NCBI GenBank assembly: GCA_951406725.2
Contig: OX597826.1
Span: forward strand, 14,136,001 to 14,200,000
DNA from: Octopus vulgaris
Taxonomy: Eukaryota
Reading direction: 5' to 3'
Length of the DNA: 64,000 bases
The translations under genes were made by a program, and so were the position numbers. The notes under the pieces were generated by a model. That model did not search any database, was not told the DNA's origin, and was given only the letters and a program-made list of their open reading frames with translations. Positions 27,496 to 41,922 of the stretch are shown piece by piece. Numbering within the stretch: the first letter of the stretch is position 1; the number at the start of each line of letters is the position of its first letter.

Positions 27496-29522
27496 CTTCT
27501 TACATTGTATGATAATATAATAATTTTTCTATCGTTCGTGCTATAATCTAAATTAACTTAAAATAGAAATCCATAACTTTATAACAGTCTTCCTAGTGAT
27601 CTTTACGTGTTAGTGGAACATCACCAAGACAAGTGGAGATGTTTAACTAACTCGGGTCCGAATTCACCAGTGATGGAAGGCAGGATGCTGGATGGATTTG
27701 ATCCTGGAATTCCAGGCGCTGAAACAGTAATGCAGCATTTCTATCCACACCTGTCATCATGTATGTTTGTTAATGCCTGTAACAATATTGTAGCAAAAAT
27801 ATGTGGCCGGAATGGGGTTACTGTGATGGGTCAGCAAAGCAAAGTTATCCAATAGGGTGCGTAGCACGGAGACAAATGGAGATGCTTCAAATCGAGGAGT
27901 TATTTCTCCGTATTGAGAGTGCATAGTACCGGTAATTAGATTATCACAGGAACAATTGTGAGATGGATTCTTGAAGCTGTGCTAAATACCGCAGACCTAG
28001 GTATAGGTCAAGAAGGAGATCATTGAATAATATCTATATTCTCAGTTGGTCGCTGTTGGTAATCAAACCAGTAAGCCCAATGATGGCTGCTTCTGAGTTG
28101 AATCTATGGAGGAGGGAATGGGGACTCTACCCTCACGACCCTACAAGGAATACTGGGCGGAGATGATGGCTGCAAAGGGCAGATCCGTAACGTAGTGCTG
28201 CTTCCACAATGAAAAGGATGAAGTTTGTCATTAGGCTATCTAGTACCGATGAATTCCGTGGTTCCCTGAGACAGAAAAGAAGAGTAAATATGCTATATTT
28301 TCTTCAGTGGATGTGATATTAATTCCTGAATATACTAAGGTATCATTTCAAAGGAATTCTAATGAAGCAGATATCCCCTTAGCACCCCAGTTGACGAAAT
28401 TATATCACTCTTATTGCAGACACCATCTCAGAAGCTACTGCAATTATCCATACCCTTGAAAATGTCCTAGAATATAAACTGTACCTAAGAGTACATAGCC
28501 AAGCATATTCTTCCATTCAATATCCCAAAATGATAAACCTTGTTTTTATCACGTCTCTCTTTCAATATTTTCAATATCTTTCTCTTCTTTTCTACCAGCA
28601 TTACAATTTCGTACGTACAGTGAAGCTCTATTCTTGAGAACTCCGGTTAAAACTACGTCATTAAACTTGGTATCAGTTGTGAATTTGACAATATTACACT
28701 AAAAAGTTAAATGAATTTAAATTTTCGGACATCAGACACTTTTGATGACGTTCAAAGTGCATACAAGCGATTTCGTGTTCATAGCTCCCTCTTCTACCAA
28801 CAACGTCATTTAGATATTTTTGTCTATTTACAAGTATAGATGTCATATGTCACACTTCATTACAAACATTCCGACATCGTATTCTTATTCTATTTTCATA
28901 AAATCATAAGATTCGACCGATAATGTCACAGTTTCTAAACGGGCTATCATTGTAACATCGCCCGCATGAACAAATACATCAACGTAATCTGAAAACCTGA
29001 AACGTTTTCCTGTTGTTCATTTTTTATCTTTTGCTTAGTTTCACATAGTTTCACATATGTCATTGTAATATAGAATCTGAATCTATGCGTACAGTTATAT
29101 TGTAATTTTCCATTTTCCAGATCGTAAGTGGAAAGTAGTAAATTTAGTAGAACTTCTAAAATTTGGGATGTCGTACTAAATGACAGTCACCTAAGGACTG
29201 TTATTCATTAGCTAAAAATATCGTTCACCGTCATAGTATGTATCTCACTGACAGAGTTCACCACTCGTATAAACATAGCTAAGGTAAATACATTTACGTT
29301 AAAAATTTAATCAATATGCGATTCTCAATTGAGGAAACAGTCCACATTGGCATATTGCTGATATAAATATACTACACTCCACACACTCTATATTTTTAAA
29401 ACGTAACCTTCCACATTTTCACAACAATTATCTCGGTATGTAGACACATTTCCTCATATAACATCAAGGGCTCCACGTCAAATATACTACGTTAAACATC
29501 TGTAAATTAGTAAAATTAGATC

Positions 29523-29960
29523 AGGATCTTTTCGGTTTGAACGGCAGTTTTTTAAAATAATTTCCACGTAACTAAACACTTTTAAACTTCGTATACTGGT
29601 AGAATGTGTTTATAAAACATCTTTTTCTCTTGGCTTTATTGTGAAAATTCTATAGTTTGTAAGATATTTGTTGTTTTTCTTCTTCAATTTCACGAATTTC
29701 AACCAACCAATGACGTCTATTGAGGTGAAAGCATTCTGTGCTGTATGAATATGTCCCTCGTTTAAGAAACAGATTGGGTTTATTTACATTTTTGAAGAAA
29801 AAAGATACCTTTCCCCCACCCCTAACTCTAACTAATCCTAACTCTAACCCTAACCCTAAACACATTGAAATGCAATAGATCGATACTAGGGTCATAATTA
29901 TGGGTGACAATTTCATATGACACCACTAGAAAAAACTGCTGGTCAAACCGAAAAGATCCT
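29523..29960. mobile_element. MITE with about 30-bp TIRs and internal telomere-like (CCCTAA) repeats
   Basis: AGGATCTTTTCGGTTTGAACGGCAGTTTTT at left versus AAAAACTGCTGGTCAAACCGAAAAGATCCT at right; CCCTAA-like units at 29820-29860. Confidence 0.85.
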
Positions 29961-31604
29961 TAGACAAAAATCACAGTTAATAATGAAGCAGGATAATTGA
30001 ATATCTGGCTTTAAATGTAACACAGACATAATTCAGACATTGTTCAATAATATAAAAAAAAATTAGTTTCCATTCCTTACATTGTCTCGGGAAAATGTCT
30101 CAGGTAGTGACATTGCACGATGTGAGACTAACTTTCCGCTTCATGGATTCTCTGTTTTAATCGATTTCGGTTTCCGTGTTCCATCAGTTGCCTTCACTCA
30201 CAGCAATTGTCTTACTGAAAAAATATAAAAAGTTTAAAACATTCTTTCGTCCCGCACTGAAAGGAACCTTTAACCTACTAACCAGCTATATCATTATATA
30301 TTAGAATATTGTGCTATACATTAAATTTATTTTCAATTATTTATTTTCATTTTTATTTCTTTAGAACGGGTATTTATTTTTAATATTTCATAACGGATAT
30401 ATAAAAACGTCTTTGATTAAAATTATTAATATTGAAAATAATGCAAGGGCTTGGGAATCAAATACAGCTATGCTCACCAGATGTCGTTGATAACATTATT
30501 AAACAATAAATATAAATAAATTTGTAAAATGATTTGAGGGACAGATATAAATTTTTTTAATTATAAGATCTTAATCTCTGTTTATATGTGGCAAATTTCG
30601 ACAATCAATGAATAAATGAACTTTCAGTCAACTAAAATACAACCCAAGATCTTGTAATATAAAGCAGTCTCAAATTCATTGCTGACATATTCCACATAAA
30701 ATAAAGTAAGTAAAAATATTGCCTCTGTAAAATAATCTGTAGACATACAGGAGTAAAGTGTTATTTATTCCGTATGTATGAATTATGAAATTTTATTATT
30801 TTAATCCCTAACAGCAGTTACGCTTCATAATAACTTGTGTATAATGAACAAAATCTAAAGTGGTCTGCCAATATATTTTCAATATTCTGTCAACATGTAA
30901 GTGATTAAAATCTGCATTAGGGATTAGAAATTCATGTATCGTATAATTCATAGTTACCTAAGAGCGAACGTAATGTGAAGGAAAATACTGAAATTCTAAA
31001 ATTAATTTAAATCGGAAAACGAATGAGATTAAAAATGAGATTAATTTAAAAGTGGTATTTTCTAGAAAATAAAATGAATTTGATTCCAAAATTACTGGGA
31101 ACTAATATTAATCTGAATGTAAAACTGACATGATAAATGGGAATTGATAAAAAAATATTGACTTGTGTCTATGCAGAAAATCCTGGGTAACTCGATCAAT
31201 TAAATACTCGGAAAAATACAAAATGTACATTTTTTAGAAAATAAATTAAATTTATTTTACTCTGATGATAATTAAAAGTATCAAAGCCTGGGAGTTCGCG
31301 AAGACTTTAATTGTGATGAACGAAATAGCATAATTAATAGTTTTCCTTTCTAGGAAACCATACGTTAACTCTAAATTATAATTTCATTTAATGAAATCAT
31401 GCTAAGGAGGATGTTATTGAATCTTGCCGCCGTCATCTACCCTTCCATATATTTTCGTTGCGTCTTGCAACCTTTTCAATAGTCTGGAAAAGGTTGCAAC
31501 ACACAACAAAAATGACTCTCACCAGACACACCAGAACATGCTTCAACACACGAACTCGCATAAAGAATCTTGCAAACCAAATCCAAAACTTGTATATATA
31601 TATA

Positions 31605-31638
<34 letters not shown>

Positions 31639-31644
31639 CATACA

Positions 31645-31680
<36 letters not shown>

Positions 31681-31684
31681 TGCA

Positions 31685-31718
<34 letters not shown>

Positions 31719-31901
31719 GCAATAATAAATCTCTGAACGAGATGTAAACAGTAACTGCACGACAATGTAAGGTATACTAGCCATCTCAATATGGCTAACC
31801 ACTAAGGGTAGGTGTTACTGTAGCTTGTAGCCCCAGGAGATCCTCGTCTCCAGCTGGCTTTAGGCACACTTTCTATGCCCTTATCGAAAACCGGTGATTG
31901 C

Positions 31902-31946
31902 CGTACGCTGAAGACTGGCAAATACCTATAAACTGCAATCTGTGCG
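31902..31946 (+). ncRNA. Degenerate hammerhead ribozyme, copy 1
   Basis: CGTACG-CTGAAGA-CTGG-CAAATA-CCTA-TAAA-CTGCA-ATC-TGTGCG. Confidence 0.55.
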
Positions 31947-32257
31947 TATCACTTAGGTTGACGAGAGAGGGATGACCTCCCTTTGCAAATACCGTAAGGG
32001 GACAGAAACTGTGCCTAAAGCCAGCTGGAGACGATGATCTCCTGGGGCTAAAAGCTACAGTAACACCCACACTTAGTGGTTAGCCATACTGTGATGGCTA
32101 GTATACCTTACATTGTTGTGCAGTTATTGTTTACATCTCGGTCAGAGATTTATTATTGCTTGCAGACCGTTTATCGAAATCAGTGACGATAATTTACTGG
32201 AAAAACAATAAATAAGAATTTGCAAAGGGACTCCCTTCATCGAAAACCGGTGATTGC

Positions 32258-32302
32258 CGTACGCTGAAGACAGGCAAATACCCAGATACTGCAGTCCGTG
32301 TG
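32258..32302 (+). ncRNA. Degenerate hammerhead ribozyme, copy 2
   Basis: CGTACG-CTGAAGA-CAGG-CAAATA-CCCA-GATA-CTGCA-GTC-CGTGTG; the consensus with copy 1 restores GAAA and GUC. Confidence 0.6.
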
Positions 32303-32464
32303 TATCACTTAGGTTGACGAGAGAGGGATGACCTCCCTTTGCAACTACCATAAGGGCCCAGAAGGTATGCCGAAAGTCAGCTGGAGACGATGATCTCCTG
32401 GGGCTACAAGCTACAGTAACATCCACCCTTAGTGCTTAGACATATTGAGATGGCTAGTATACCT

Positions 32465-32562
<98 letters not shown>

Positions 32563-32595
32563 GTACATATACATACACACATGCATGCATGCATG

Positions 32596-32664
<69 letters not shown>

Positions 32665-32667
<3 letters not shown>

Positions 32668-33000
32668 GGCGCATGGCTCAGTGGTTAGAGCGTCGAGCTT
32701 ACGATCATGAGGTTGTGAGCTCGAATCCCGGACCGGGCTGCGTGTTGTGTTCTTGAGCAAGACACTTTATTTCACGTTGCTCCAGTTCACTCAGCTGTAG
32801 AAATGAGTTGCGACGTCACGAGTGCCAAGCTGTACCGGCCTTTGCCTTTCCCTTGGATAACACTGGTGGCGTGGAGAGGGGAGGCCGGTATGCATGGGCG
32901 ACTGCTGGTCTTCCATAAAAACAACCATGCCTAGACTTGTGACTAGGAGGGTAACTCTCTAGGTGCAATCCCATGGTCAGTGTCGTGACCGAAGGGGGTC
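32665..33000 (+). mobile_element. tRNA-derived SINE family C
   Basis: GGCGCATGGCTCAGTGGTTAGAGCG (A box) and GCTCGAATCCCG (B box); TTCTTGAGCAAGACACT core. Confidence 0.85.
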
Positions 33001-33035
33001 CCGGATCCCGGATATATATATATATATATATATAT

Positions 33036-33435
33036 ACTCTCTTTACTCTTTTACTTGTTTCAGTCATTTGACTGCGGCCATGCTGAAGCACCGCCTTTAA
33101 TCGAGCAACTCGACCCCGGGACTTATTCTTTTGTAAGCCAGTACTTATTCTATCGGTCTCTTTTACCGAACCGCTAAGTAACGGAGACATAAACTCACCA
33201 GCACCGGTTATCAAGCAATGCTAGGGGGACAAACACAGACACACAAACACACACATGCATATATTCATATATACGACGGGCTTCTTTTCTGTTTCCGTCT
33301 ACCAAATCCACTCACAAGGCTTTGGTCGGCCCGAGGCTATAGTAGAAGACACTTGCCCAAGGTGCCACGCAGTGGGACTGAACCCAGAACCATGGGGCTG
33401 GTAAACAAGCTACTTACCACACAGCCACTCCTGCG

Positions 33436-33437
<2 letters not shown>
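33036..33437 (-). mobile_element. SINE family A, full length
   Basis: Close match to 17452-17864. Confidence 0.9.
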
Positions 33438-33475
<38 letters not shown>

Positions 33476-34898
33476 TGTAAAGAGAGAGAGGGGAAGAAAG
33501 CGGGGGAGATATATGTATAGATTCTATACACATGTTACAGTTGTATGCAATGAATAATTTTTTATAGGATAAAATGTATATTCAGAACATGTAGTACAAG
33601 AAGCATATATTTCAATTAATACAAACAAATGAAATTTAACACAATGAAACATAATTCTAAATCAACTCCAAAACCTCTTGCGAAGAAACTAGCATATCAA
33701 TTCATTTTGTATATACTTCGAATACACCTTACAATATCTAAATCTCTTTAATTGACAGCAGAAGTACTATGAAAACAAAATCAGCCCAAGCAGAATGCAA
33801 TATCTATTCTAGTAATGTTTCACTTTGCAATATCAAACAACATTATTTCGTTAACTGTTTCCTGTCTTCTGATTTAAAATATTGTGGTGAACAATGAAAA
33901 GACGACGAAATATATATAAAAAAAGTTACAAAGTTCTCAAGAAATGATTTCCTTTTTTAATACACGCGAATGAAAGCATAATCATATCTAAATATTACCA
34001 ATTAAAAACAGTTTTTGAGGGGCGGGGAAAATCCCGTTGGTTTCCATTGCTTTAAATTCACTTATCAAAAATGATTTCTAGTCTCTCTGAAAAATTTACC
34101 TGAAATCATACATTATATTTTTCTGTGTCTCACCTGTTGTTAATAACCCTGTGTTTTACAGTTTTCAAACTGCTTCTGTAAGAGAATTTTTATTAATATT
34201 TAAATAACCTTAGTCATCTAAGATAAATAAACAATGCGCAGAATTACTCAAATTTAATTCTAACGGAGGTTGTATAGTTTAAATTCATATACGTATTTAT
34301 CTTCCTACATAATATTAAAGGTAATGATATTTGACATATAAATACAACAGATTCATCAAATTTCACTATTGATGAGCTATTTTGGCAATAGGCGGAACTG
34401 ACAATATTTAAAAACAAAGGTAAATTTTCTTTGACGGAAATGGTGGTTAATAAAAACGGTTAATAAAATCTGACTCACTGCTGCGATTAATTACATTTCT
34501 GCACCCTGTGAAAGACGCTGAGTGAGTTAATGAAGTGAATGTTATATTGATTTCGAACGAATAGAAATGAAAATTATGATGGTTTCCTTTAACGACGTTC
34601 GTTTATAAATACATCTTAAATGAGTTTAGCCCGTTTTCTACCATATTTTAAGAAATAAAAACACAGATAAGGTCATTTGATACTAAAATGTTCCAGAAAA
34701 TAGAAATTAAATATATTTCATTAAAATAATAACTTAATGAATGATGAACAAGACCTAATACAGAAACTTTCTTTAACAATTAATAGCCATGGGAATTTAT
34801 CTTAGAAAATATCAATACTTATTTCGACCTTTGAAAGTATAAAACCTCAGCCAAGACGGAAAGTTTCAAACATTGTATAGCTTAATATTAATATTCTG

Positions 34899-35128
34899 AT
34901 TTCTTTACTGCCCACAAGGGGCTACACACAGAGGGGAAAACAAGGACAGACGAAAGGATTAAGTCGATTATATCGACCCCAGTGCGTAACTGGTACTTAT
35001 TCAATCGACCCCGAAACGATGAAAGACAAAGTCGACCTCGGTGGAATTTAAACTCAGAACGTAGCGGCAGACGAAATACCACTAAGCATTTCGTCCGGAG
35101 TGCTAACGTTTCTGCCAGCTCGCCGCCT
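34899..35128 (-). mobile_element. SINE family B, full length
   Basis: Head GGCGGCGAGCTGGCAGAAACGTTAGCACTCCGGACGAAATG; tail GGGCAGTAAAGAAA. Confidence 0.85.
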
Positions 35129-37329
35129 TTATAGCTTATATATTCTAGCTTAATATCCTGGACACATCTGTTACTCATACCACAATTCAGTCAAACGAGA
35201 GCAGTTAAGTGATAACATTTGCAGATTAAGATTTACCAGAGCGGGAAATAATAATTATTAATATTTATGATATTCGTGGGTCCCTTGCGCATTATTATGT
35301 ATTCCAATTAATGTATGTCCTCATAGCCAACACTAACGGTGTACGGACTTAAAACTTATATTAGGAGGTTACTTTCGTCTACAGAGAAAATAATATATAG
35401 ATGCAATCTACCCACAAAACATCGTGTCATCATAAGACAGCATATAAAGTTCGATATGTTATTCAATGGCAACTTTACTTAAAAACATAAAATATATTTT
35501 CTTGCTCTCTATCAGAGTAGATTTCATATCTATCATGCGTACTTACACAATTGCTTCATGGTTTCAGCGCACGCAGTTCAACCAGCAGGACAGCACTAAA
35601 CGTAAATTTTCGTACTACATATTCCTATTACTATCATGTTTCAGATTCACCATTTACGGACATATCATCACGTTTTTGTTTCCGTATAGTAATTTAAAAT
35701 GATGCTCTTGAACACAGATTCCGTTTTCAAAACTTGTCCCATAAAATTCACGCGGAGATTTGCCTGAAGCATCAAATGAAAGTTTACATTCAGTTACATT
35801 CCTCATGATAGTAAAACACTTATATTACATTAATAATGCAGTCATGCATTGTATAAGATGCAAATTTACATTTAATTAGTTTTCATTATAGATCGTCATA
35901 GGTAAACAAATTATCAGCGTTATAGTTTCATCAAAGTGTCCGTAGATCATCAGCAATTTAATATGGATTACTGGTGTTTCAAATGGATCCCTTTGTACAT
36001 CAGTGCTTTAATAACAGAATAATTCACGATAATAAATTACTGCTACGTTGGCTTTCTTCGACATGTGCCGCATCAAATTTCATAAGTCTTTTCATGCCTT
36101 AACGTTTCTCTGGAGACAAGTTTTATAGTCTGTTGTGTTAAAATAGAATAACTCATTAAAACGCTGCATTCTACATCCTGCATGTTTATTATTAGATGTA
36201 AGTGACATTGTGAATCAGTGCAAATAGATTATATCCTCACATGTGCGATCGAACTTACACATTCTAATAAAAAAAAACCCACCTAAGTCTGACAGACAAT
36301 GGTCCCGCACTCCCATTTTCCAGCACATGTTGGAGCTTTATGTTGAACCACCGTTACTCGCTTAAGGCGCCAGTTCATCATAATTTACAGACGCTGGTGC
36401 CTAATTGCTTCTTATGTACTTCTGTTTATCAACGACATAGAGTGAATACATAATGGAACATATTTTCCAATATTAATAGGGGTAAACAATTGAGAAAGAC
36501 GAGAAAAAACAATTCCCGTAACTTTTACAATGCACCTGTAGCCTGAAATAATATAGCATTTGATAGGAAGTAAAAAAAAGGGAATGTTCCTCTGCGTGAA
36601 CATTGCGCAAGTTCTCAACTTATGACATTAAGAAACTAAAGAGTAGTATAATGCACTTTATGGTTGATGCAAAGGAAGGTAAAAATAAGTGTTGGCGAGC
36701 GTCATACATTAAAAAATATAACTGATAGTTTTTCGAATTGATGCATAATTATTTAAGTGACTCAGTGCAAAATTATATGAGTGTATGTCAATTTCAAGAC
36801 CAGTTTTTATAGAAAACACAAAGTGGAAATATATAAATATATGTTGATAGCTAAGTGGTTTAGAAACTTTAAAATATAGAGCACCCATTAACCGAATTTG
36901 TATACCGAAAACAAGGTTGCAGATATTGAAGCTGCTGTAATATAGTTATTTTTTCATAACTGTTCTAAAGCGGTCTTTTGCCACTGATGTATCTGTCTTC
37001 TGACGACGAACGTCGCTCTGACAGATATTGTTATATTTCGAAGTCGTCGATAGAATGGTTCTATCTGGCTCTGTACGACCACCTGTCGTACAGTGTTATT
37101 ATCCTGAAAGGGTTGGCTCGTTATAACGTCCACTCAGTATCACAATATAATTACTATATCAACACACACACGACTATGAACACAGTCAAGAAGTACTCCC
37201 GACCTTCCTGACTTTATCCTGTCGACCAGCTATTTATGATGGCTGCATCCTACCATTATTTTAGCCGAATAGAGTGTACAGATTGACTATAAAACATCTC
37301 CACTTTTAATTCTTTTATTTAACAACCAA

Positions 37330-37717
<388 letters not shown>

Positions 37718-37789
37718 CTATCTATCTATCTATCTATCTATATATATATATATACGAATTTTATTACTGTATGTAAGGTTGGTCATTTA

Positions 37790-39400
37790 CATCTCGCGAC
37801 CTCAGGCCATTTTGTGTAGTTGTTCACTGCTATTAAGTAATAATATCCATTTACCGGGCCTGCAAAATCAATATGCAATCGAAACCATGGTATTTACACC
37901 CCAGACCAAGGTTCACATTTTGTAGTAGGTAGTTTCACTGCCAGCGCAACCCACTTGAGTCTTTTGCTAGTTTTTCAACTTCCTGGATCATGCTTGGTCA
38001 GTATACGAAACTTCGCATCAGCACTTTCATTATAAAATGGATGAATGTCACACATTAAACTCTGTTAGCATTCTCTTCGGTAATGTATGTGGAGTGACCA
38101 CCCTCTGCACGTACATTAGTACACCATCAGGTATGGCGCACACGTTCTCATCTTGGCAGTTCCTTGCATCAGATCTGTTTTTATATTTCCTTTCGTCGAC
38201 CAGTTTTCTTTTTGTCTCATTAATAAATTCATCATTTCTCGCATTTCTTTTTATTTCTTCCGAAGTTACTGTTAGTTCACGCACGATGTTCCACATCACT
38301 ATTTTTTGTTTCAGTTCATCGACATCTCGATTATTTGACTTCTCCAGGTATCATTGCACAAAGTGGTTGTGGGTGCATCTTATAAGCTAAATTTCTCCTT
38401 AACTTCGGTGCCAAATAAATTCATGGATTTTTCAACATATAAACATTTACTGTTTTTTTTCGACCTTTGAACATTATATTACAAACGCATTCATATGTAA
38501 AATATAATTCTCTTCCCGTAACACTGAACGGTATTTTTTTTCAACTACATAATTTTGGTTTACCCATTTGTTTCCATGTTTTCTCATTTATGATTGTGAT
38601 AACCCTTCCCGCCTCTACTTGCATTCTGACACTATTGTTTTCAATTCTCACGTTCACGAATTTTCTGTTCTTTTGTAGTTACAATTTGTTCTGCTGACAG
38701 ACCATATATTTTGTATTGTTTGTTCCACTTTCCTATTATTTTAGTTTTGCAGTGCGATTTTATATGTTCTGTAAACCCGCAGTGAAAATACTTTTTTCAG
38801 GTGCATCCCACCACATCCCACCACAAGCCATACGTGGGTCTACACCCCAAATATTTTTTCTGTTCTTCCTGCAACACTTTGTCTTTCGACCTTCTTAAGC
38901 TGAAATACTCTTTCCGTTGAATTTCTTCTGTATCGTGCCTTATAATATCCTGTTACACTAATTCGACATTTTCTGTATAGTAAAATCCTGGTTTATATCA
39001 AGTTTTCATAGAATATCCTTTCGGATTCCTGCATCACTTTTAATTGTCAATCCTTATGCAAAATTTAATCAGTTGAAAGAATCTGGTGTAAGAATATCTA
39101 GCCTAAATCTCTCACATTCTTTGTTGAGTCTTCCTGTGTAAACAGTGAAGTTTTCATCTTCACTTTTTTCTATGTTTAAACATTTCCATCATGTATTAAA
39201 CAGTGAGATCTTTTCTCTGAAAAATGTCCACAAAATACCAAATGTGTCGGTAAAATTGATGTCGGACGCCTTTTTGGGCAAAATGAAGTTACTATACTTC
39301 TCATGCTATGCTCTCGCTAGTTTTCATAACGCTAGACGCAATTTCATTTCGTCCGTCATGTAAAGTCAGTCTTTAAAGATCTGTGCTGATATGTGAAGTT
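37790..39400 (-). pseudogene. Decayed, internally deleted Ty3/Gypsy gag-pol (gag and integrase)
   Basis: Minus-strand peptides PWFRLHIDFAGPVNGYYYLIAV, DGVLMYVQRVVTPHTLPKRMLTEF and gag-like HEKYSNFILPKKASDINF. Confidence 0.8.
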
Positions 39401-40217
39401 GTTAAAGTTTACCTTGCTCTTTCTTTTAAAGCGTCACTTTAAAGCTTATATATGAAATAGCCTGATGAAGGATATGTTACTGGTGAGTCCAAAATATGGC
39501 ATTAAGAGTAAACAACTTTGAAAGAAATATACGATATTAAATTTGTTGAAGAGGCTGTATCACAGCATTAGCTAAACTCCAGATGTCTCTTCTGTACTAA
39601 TAAACGCATTCAAATATTACTCTATCATACTCTCATATATCCTGAACTAAGTATATTTTACAATAAGTAAACATCTTTGACGACCAGCTCTATAACATAG
39701 TCCCTAATTTAGTAACTTTCAATTTATGGAAACACATATTATATACTGCTTTTGACGAAATGATCTAATGCTACGAATTGTGCCGACGTGTTTAAGTATA
39801 ATTGAAATAACCAATTATTTCGATATAAGTTTCCATGGGACTATAAATTAATAGGGGTAGTATCAAAAATATATCATACATGAGTATAAGAGTAAAATGA
39901 TCAAGTTAGGTGTCAATAAAATTGCATCTCTTATACACATAATTACAACATAAGATTTAGGTTGGTGATTTTGGTCTAATTTTACGGATCCAGTGTATTT
40001 CAATTCTAGAAATATTTAATAGATAGTTTCGCAGAATTTCATTTGCACATCTACTAACTTCATGTGTAATTGGTAATAAATTCCTGACCTGTATATTCGT
40101 TCTCCTCGGGAGTCTGAAATACGCGTGGATGATTATGTCATCGGCATACATGATCAGACAAGTAAACAAAGCAAAATTATTCAATTTTCAGAAGACGGAC
40201 ATCACCATCTTCAACAA

Positions 40218-40300
<83 letters not shown>

Positions 40301-40640
40301 ACACACACACATAAACACATAAACACATTTAATTAGTCAGGTTTATGTCCGGTAATGGAATGGTCAATGGTTTCGCATCGACATTGGGCATGGCCTCGTA
40401 GACGGCTCATCTGACTATAAAGCCGAAGACAAAAGTAATTCTTCATCTCTGCCTCCCAGAGATGATTATTTACAATCCTTTTCGTCTTTAGATTCTGACT
40501 AGCCGTCAATGAAGCTCAGCCCTCTGTGGATGTGATAGCACTGGTCACTCGAGGACAAAACATAGACTTAACTACATATAAATACATTACCGCTCTATAC
40601 TTTAGAGGGTGTTCCTTTGCTGGCTTTATATGATACCCTG

Positions 40641-40695
<55 letters not shown>

Positions 40696-40699
<4 letters not shown>

Positions 40700-40916
40700 T
40701 TGTTTGGAAAAATTAAATGAAAAGTATTTTAAAAGGATATTTGCATAATATTCAAATACAAGGGGCATTTTCCTTGTTTCTGCTGGTCTCTGTCTCTCTT
40801 GTTTACTTACAAGAGTAAATAAGAGAGACAGAGACAAGCAGAAACAAAGAAAATGCCCCTTGTATTTGAATATCATGCAAATATTCTTTTAAAACACTTT
40901 TCATTTAATTTTTTCA

Positions 40917-40925
<9 letters not shown>
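40696..40925. repeat. 230-bp imperfect palindrome flanked by (TA)n on both sides
   Basis: Arms of about 112 bp around a 6-nt loop TACAAG (40808-40813), with scattered mismatches. Confidence 0.9.
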
Positions 40926-40975
<50 letters not shown>

Positions 40976-41168
40976 CCCCAAAATTTAATTGTTTTCCATG
41001 CTTAAAGTTGAAAAACTTTCAATAAACGAAACCGGTACTGATATGTTTTTTATATAATTATCTTAGCATTTTCTACCTTGACTTTCGTCCATATATATAT
41101 ATATATATATGCATATATATGTATCTATGTTTGTGTGTATGTTGTATGTATGTATGTATGTATGTATG

Positions 41169-41200
<32 letters not shown>

Positions 41201-41559
41201 TCAATATATAATTATATATACGGTATCCTCGGGCAATAATGTCATGCAAAATAAAACGCGTTACAGTAAGTGACTCTCTTTTTTCCCTCTTATTATTTTG
41301 GTTCATAGAACTATTATCAAGATGGCTTCGTCATTCACCCGTGGCATCCTTGCTACATTCAGACATCGTTTTGTGAAACATTCACTAAAGAAATCTTCCC
41401 TCTCTACTCTCATCTTCTTCCTCAAGTTATGCATATGTATATACACAAACGTATATGTTTATAAATATATATTTATATTTATATATGTAAACGTATATGT
41501 TTATATATACACATATACATATATAATTTACAAGATATGTAAAGATAAACATTCGTACA

Positions 41560-41922
41560 TGCTACGGTTGGCTATCGAGTTTGTAACGTTATGTTTTTTC
41601 TTATATATCTTGAGTTTGTTGCACTGATGAACATAGAGTGCATATTCTGCATTAAATGCGAAATCATAGGTGATACGTAACTAAATTCTTTTTTTAAATG
41701 ATTTGCTTTGAAGTTTTGCATTCGGTAAAATTTTGTTTATTTTAGTAGTTTTGACCGCATTGGTCCCTCTTAGCGTGTGGTATCTACGAATAGTAGTACC
41801 CTCAATATAATATAAATAAATATTTTCAAAGTGGAAAAATTTACGGACATTTTTCTCTTACGAGGTTTTTCACGCTAACTACTGATAATTTCTTACAAAG
41901 ATTTTATCCTCAATTGTAAATT

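Larger units (their letters stand above)
31718..32468 (+). mobile_element. PLE pLTR cluster: inverted partial copy plus two tandem hammerhead-bearing units, in (TA)n
   Basis: Inverted repeat 31718-31883 / 31995-32160; 32239-32468 repeats 31883-32112; homologous to 42011-42300. Confidence 0.8.

Noticed and set aside
35908-35960. Hammerhead-like AAATTG-CTGATGA-TC...GA-T-GAAAC on the minus strand
   Set aside because: No valid stem III/NUH junction and only a 2-bp stem II.
39455-39510. CTGATGA-AGGA...TCC-AAAA
   Set aside because: GAAA is missing and there is no stem I partner.
40355-40420. CAGATGA...GATGC-GAAAC on the minus strand
   Set aside because: The core is mutated, with no NUH or stem I support.
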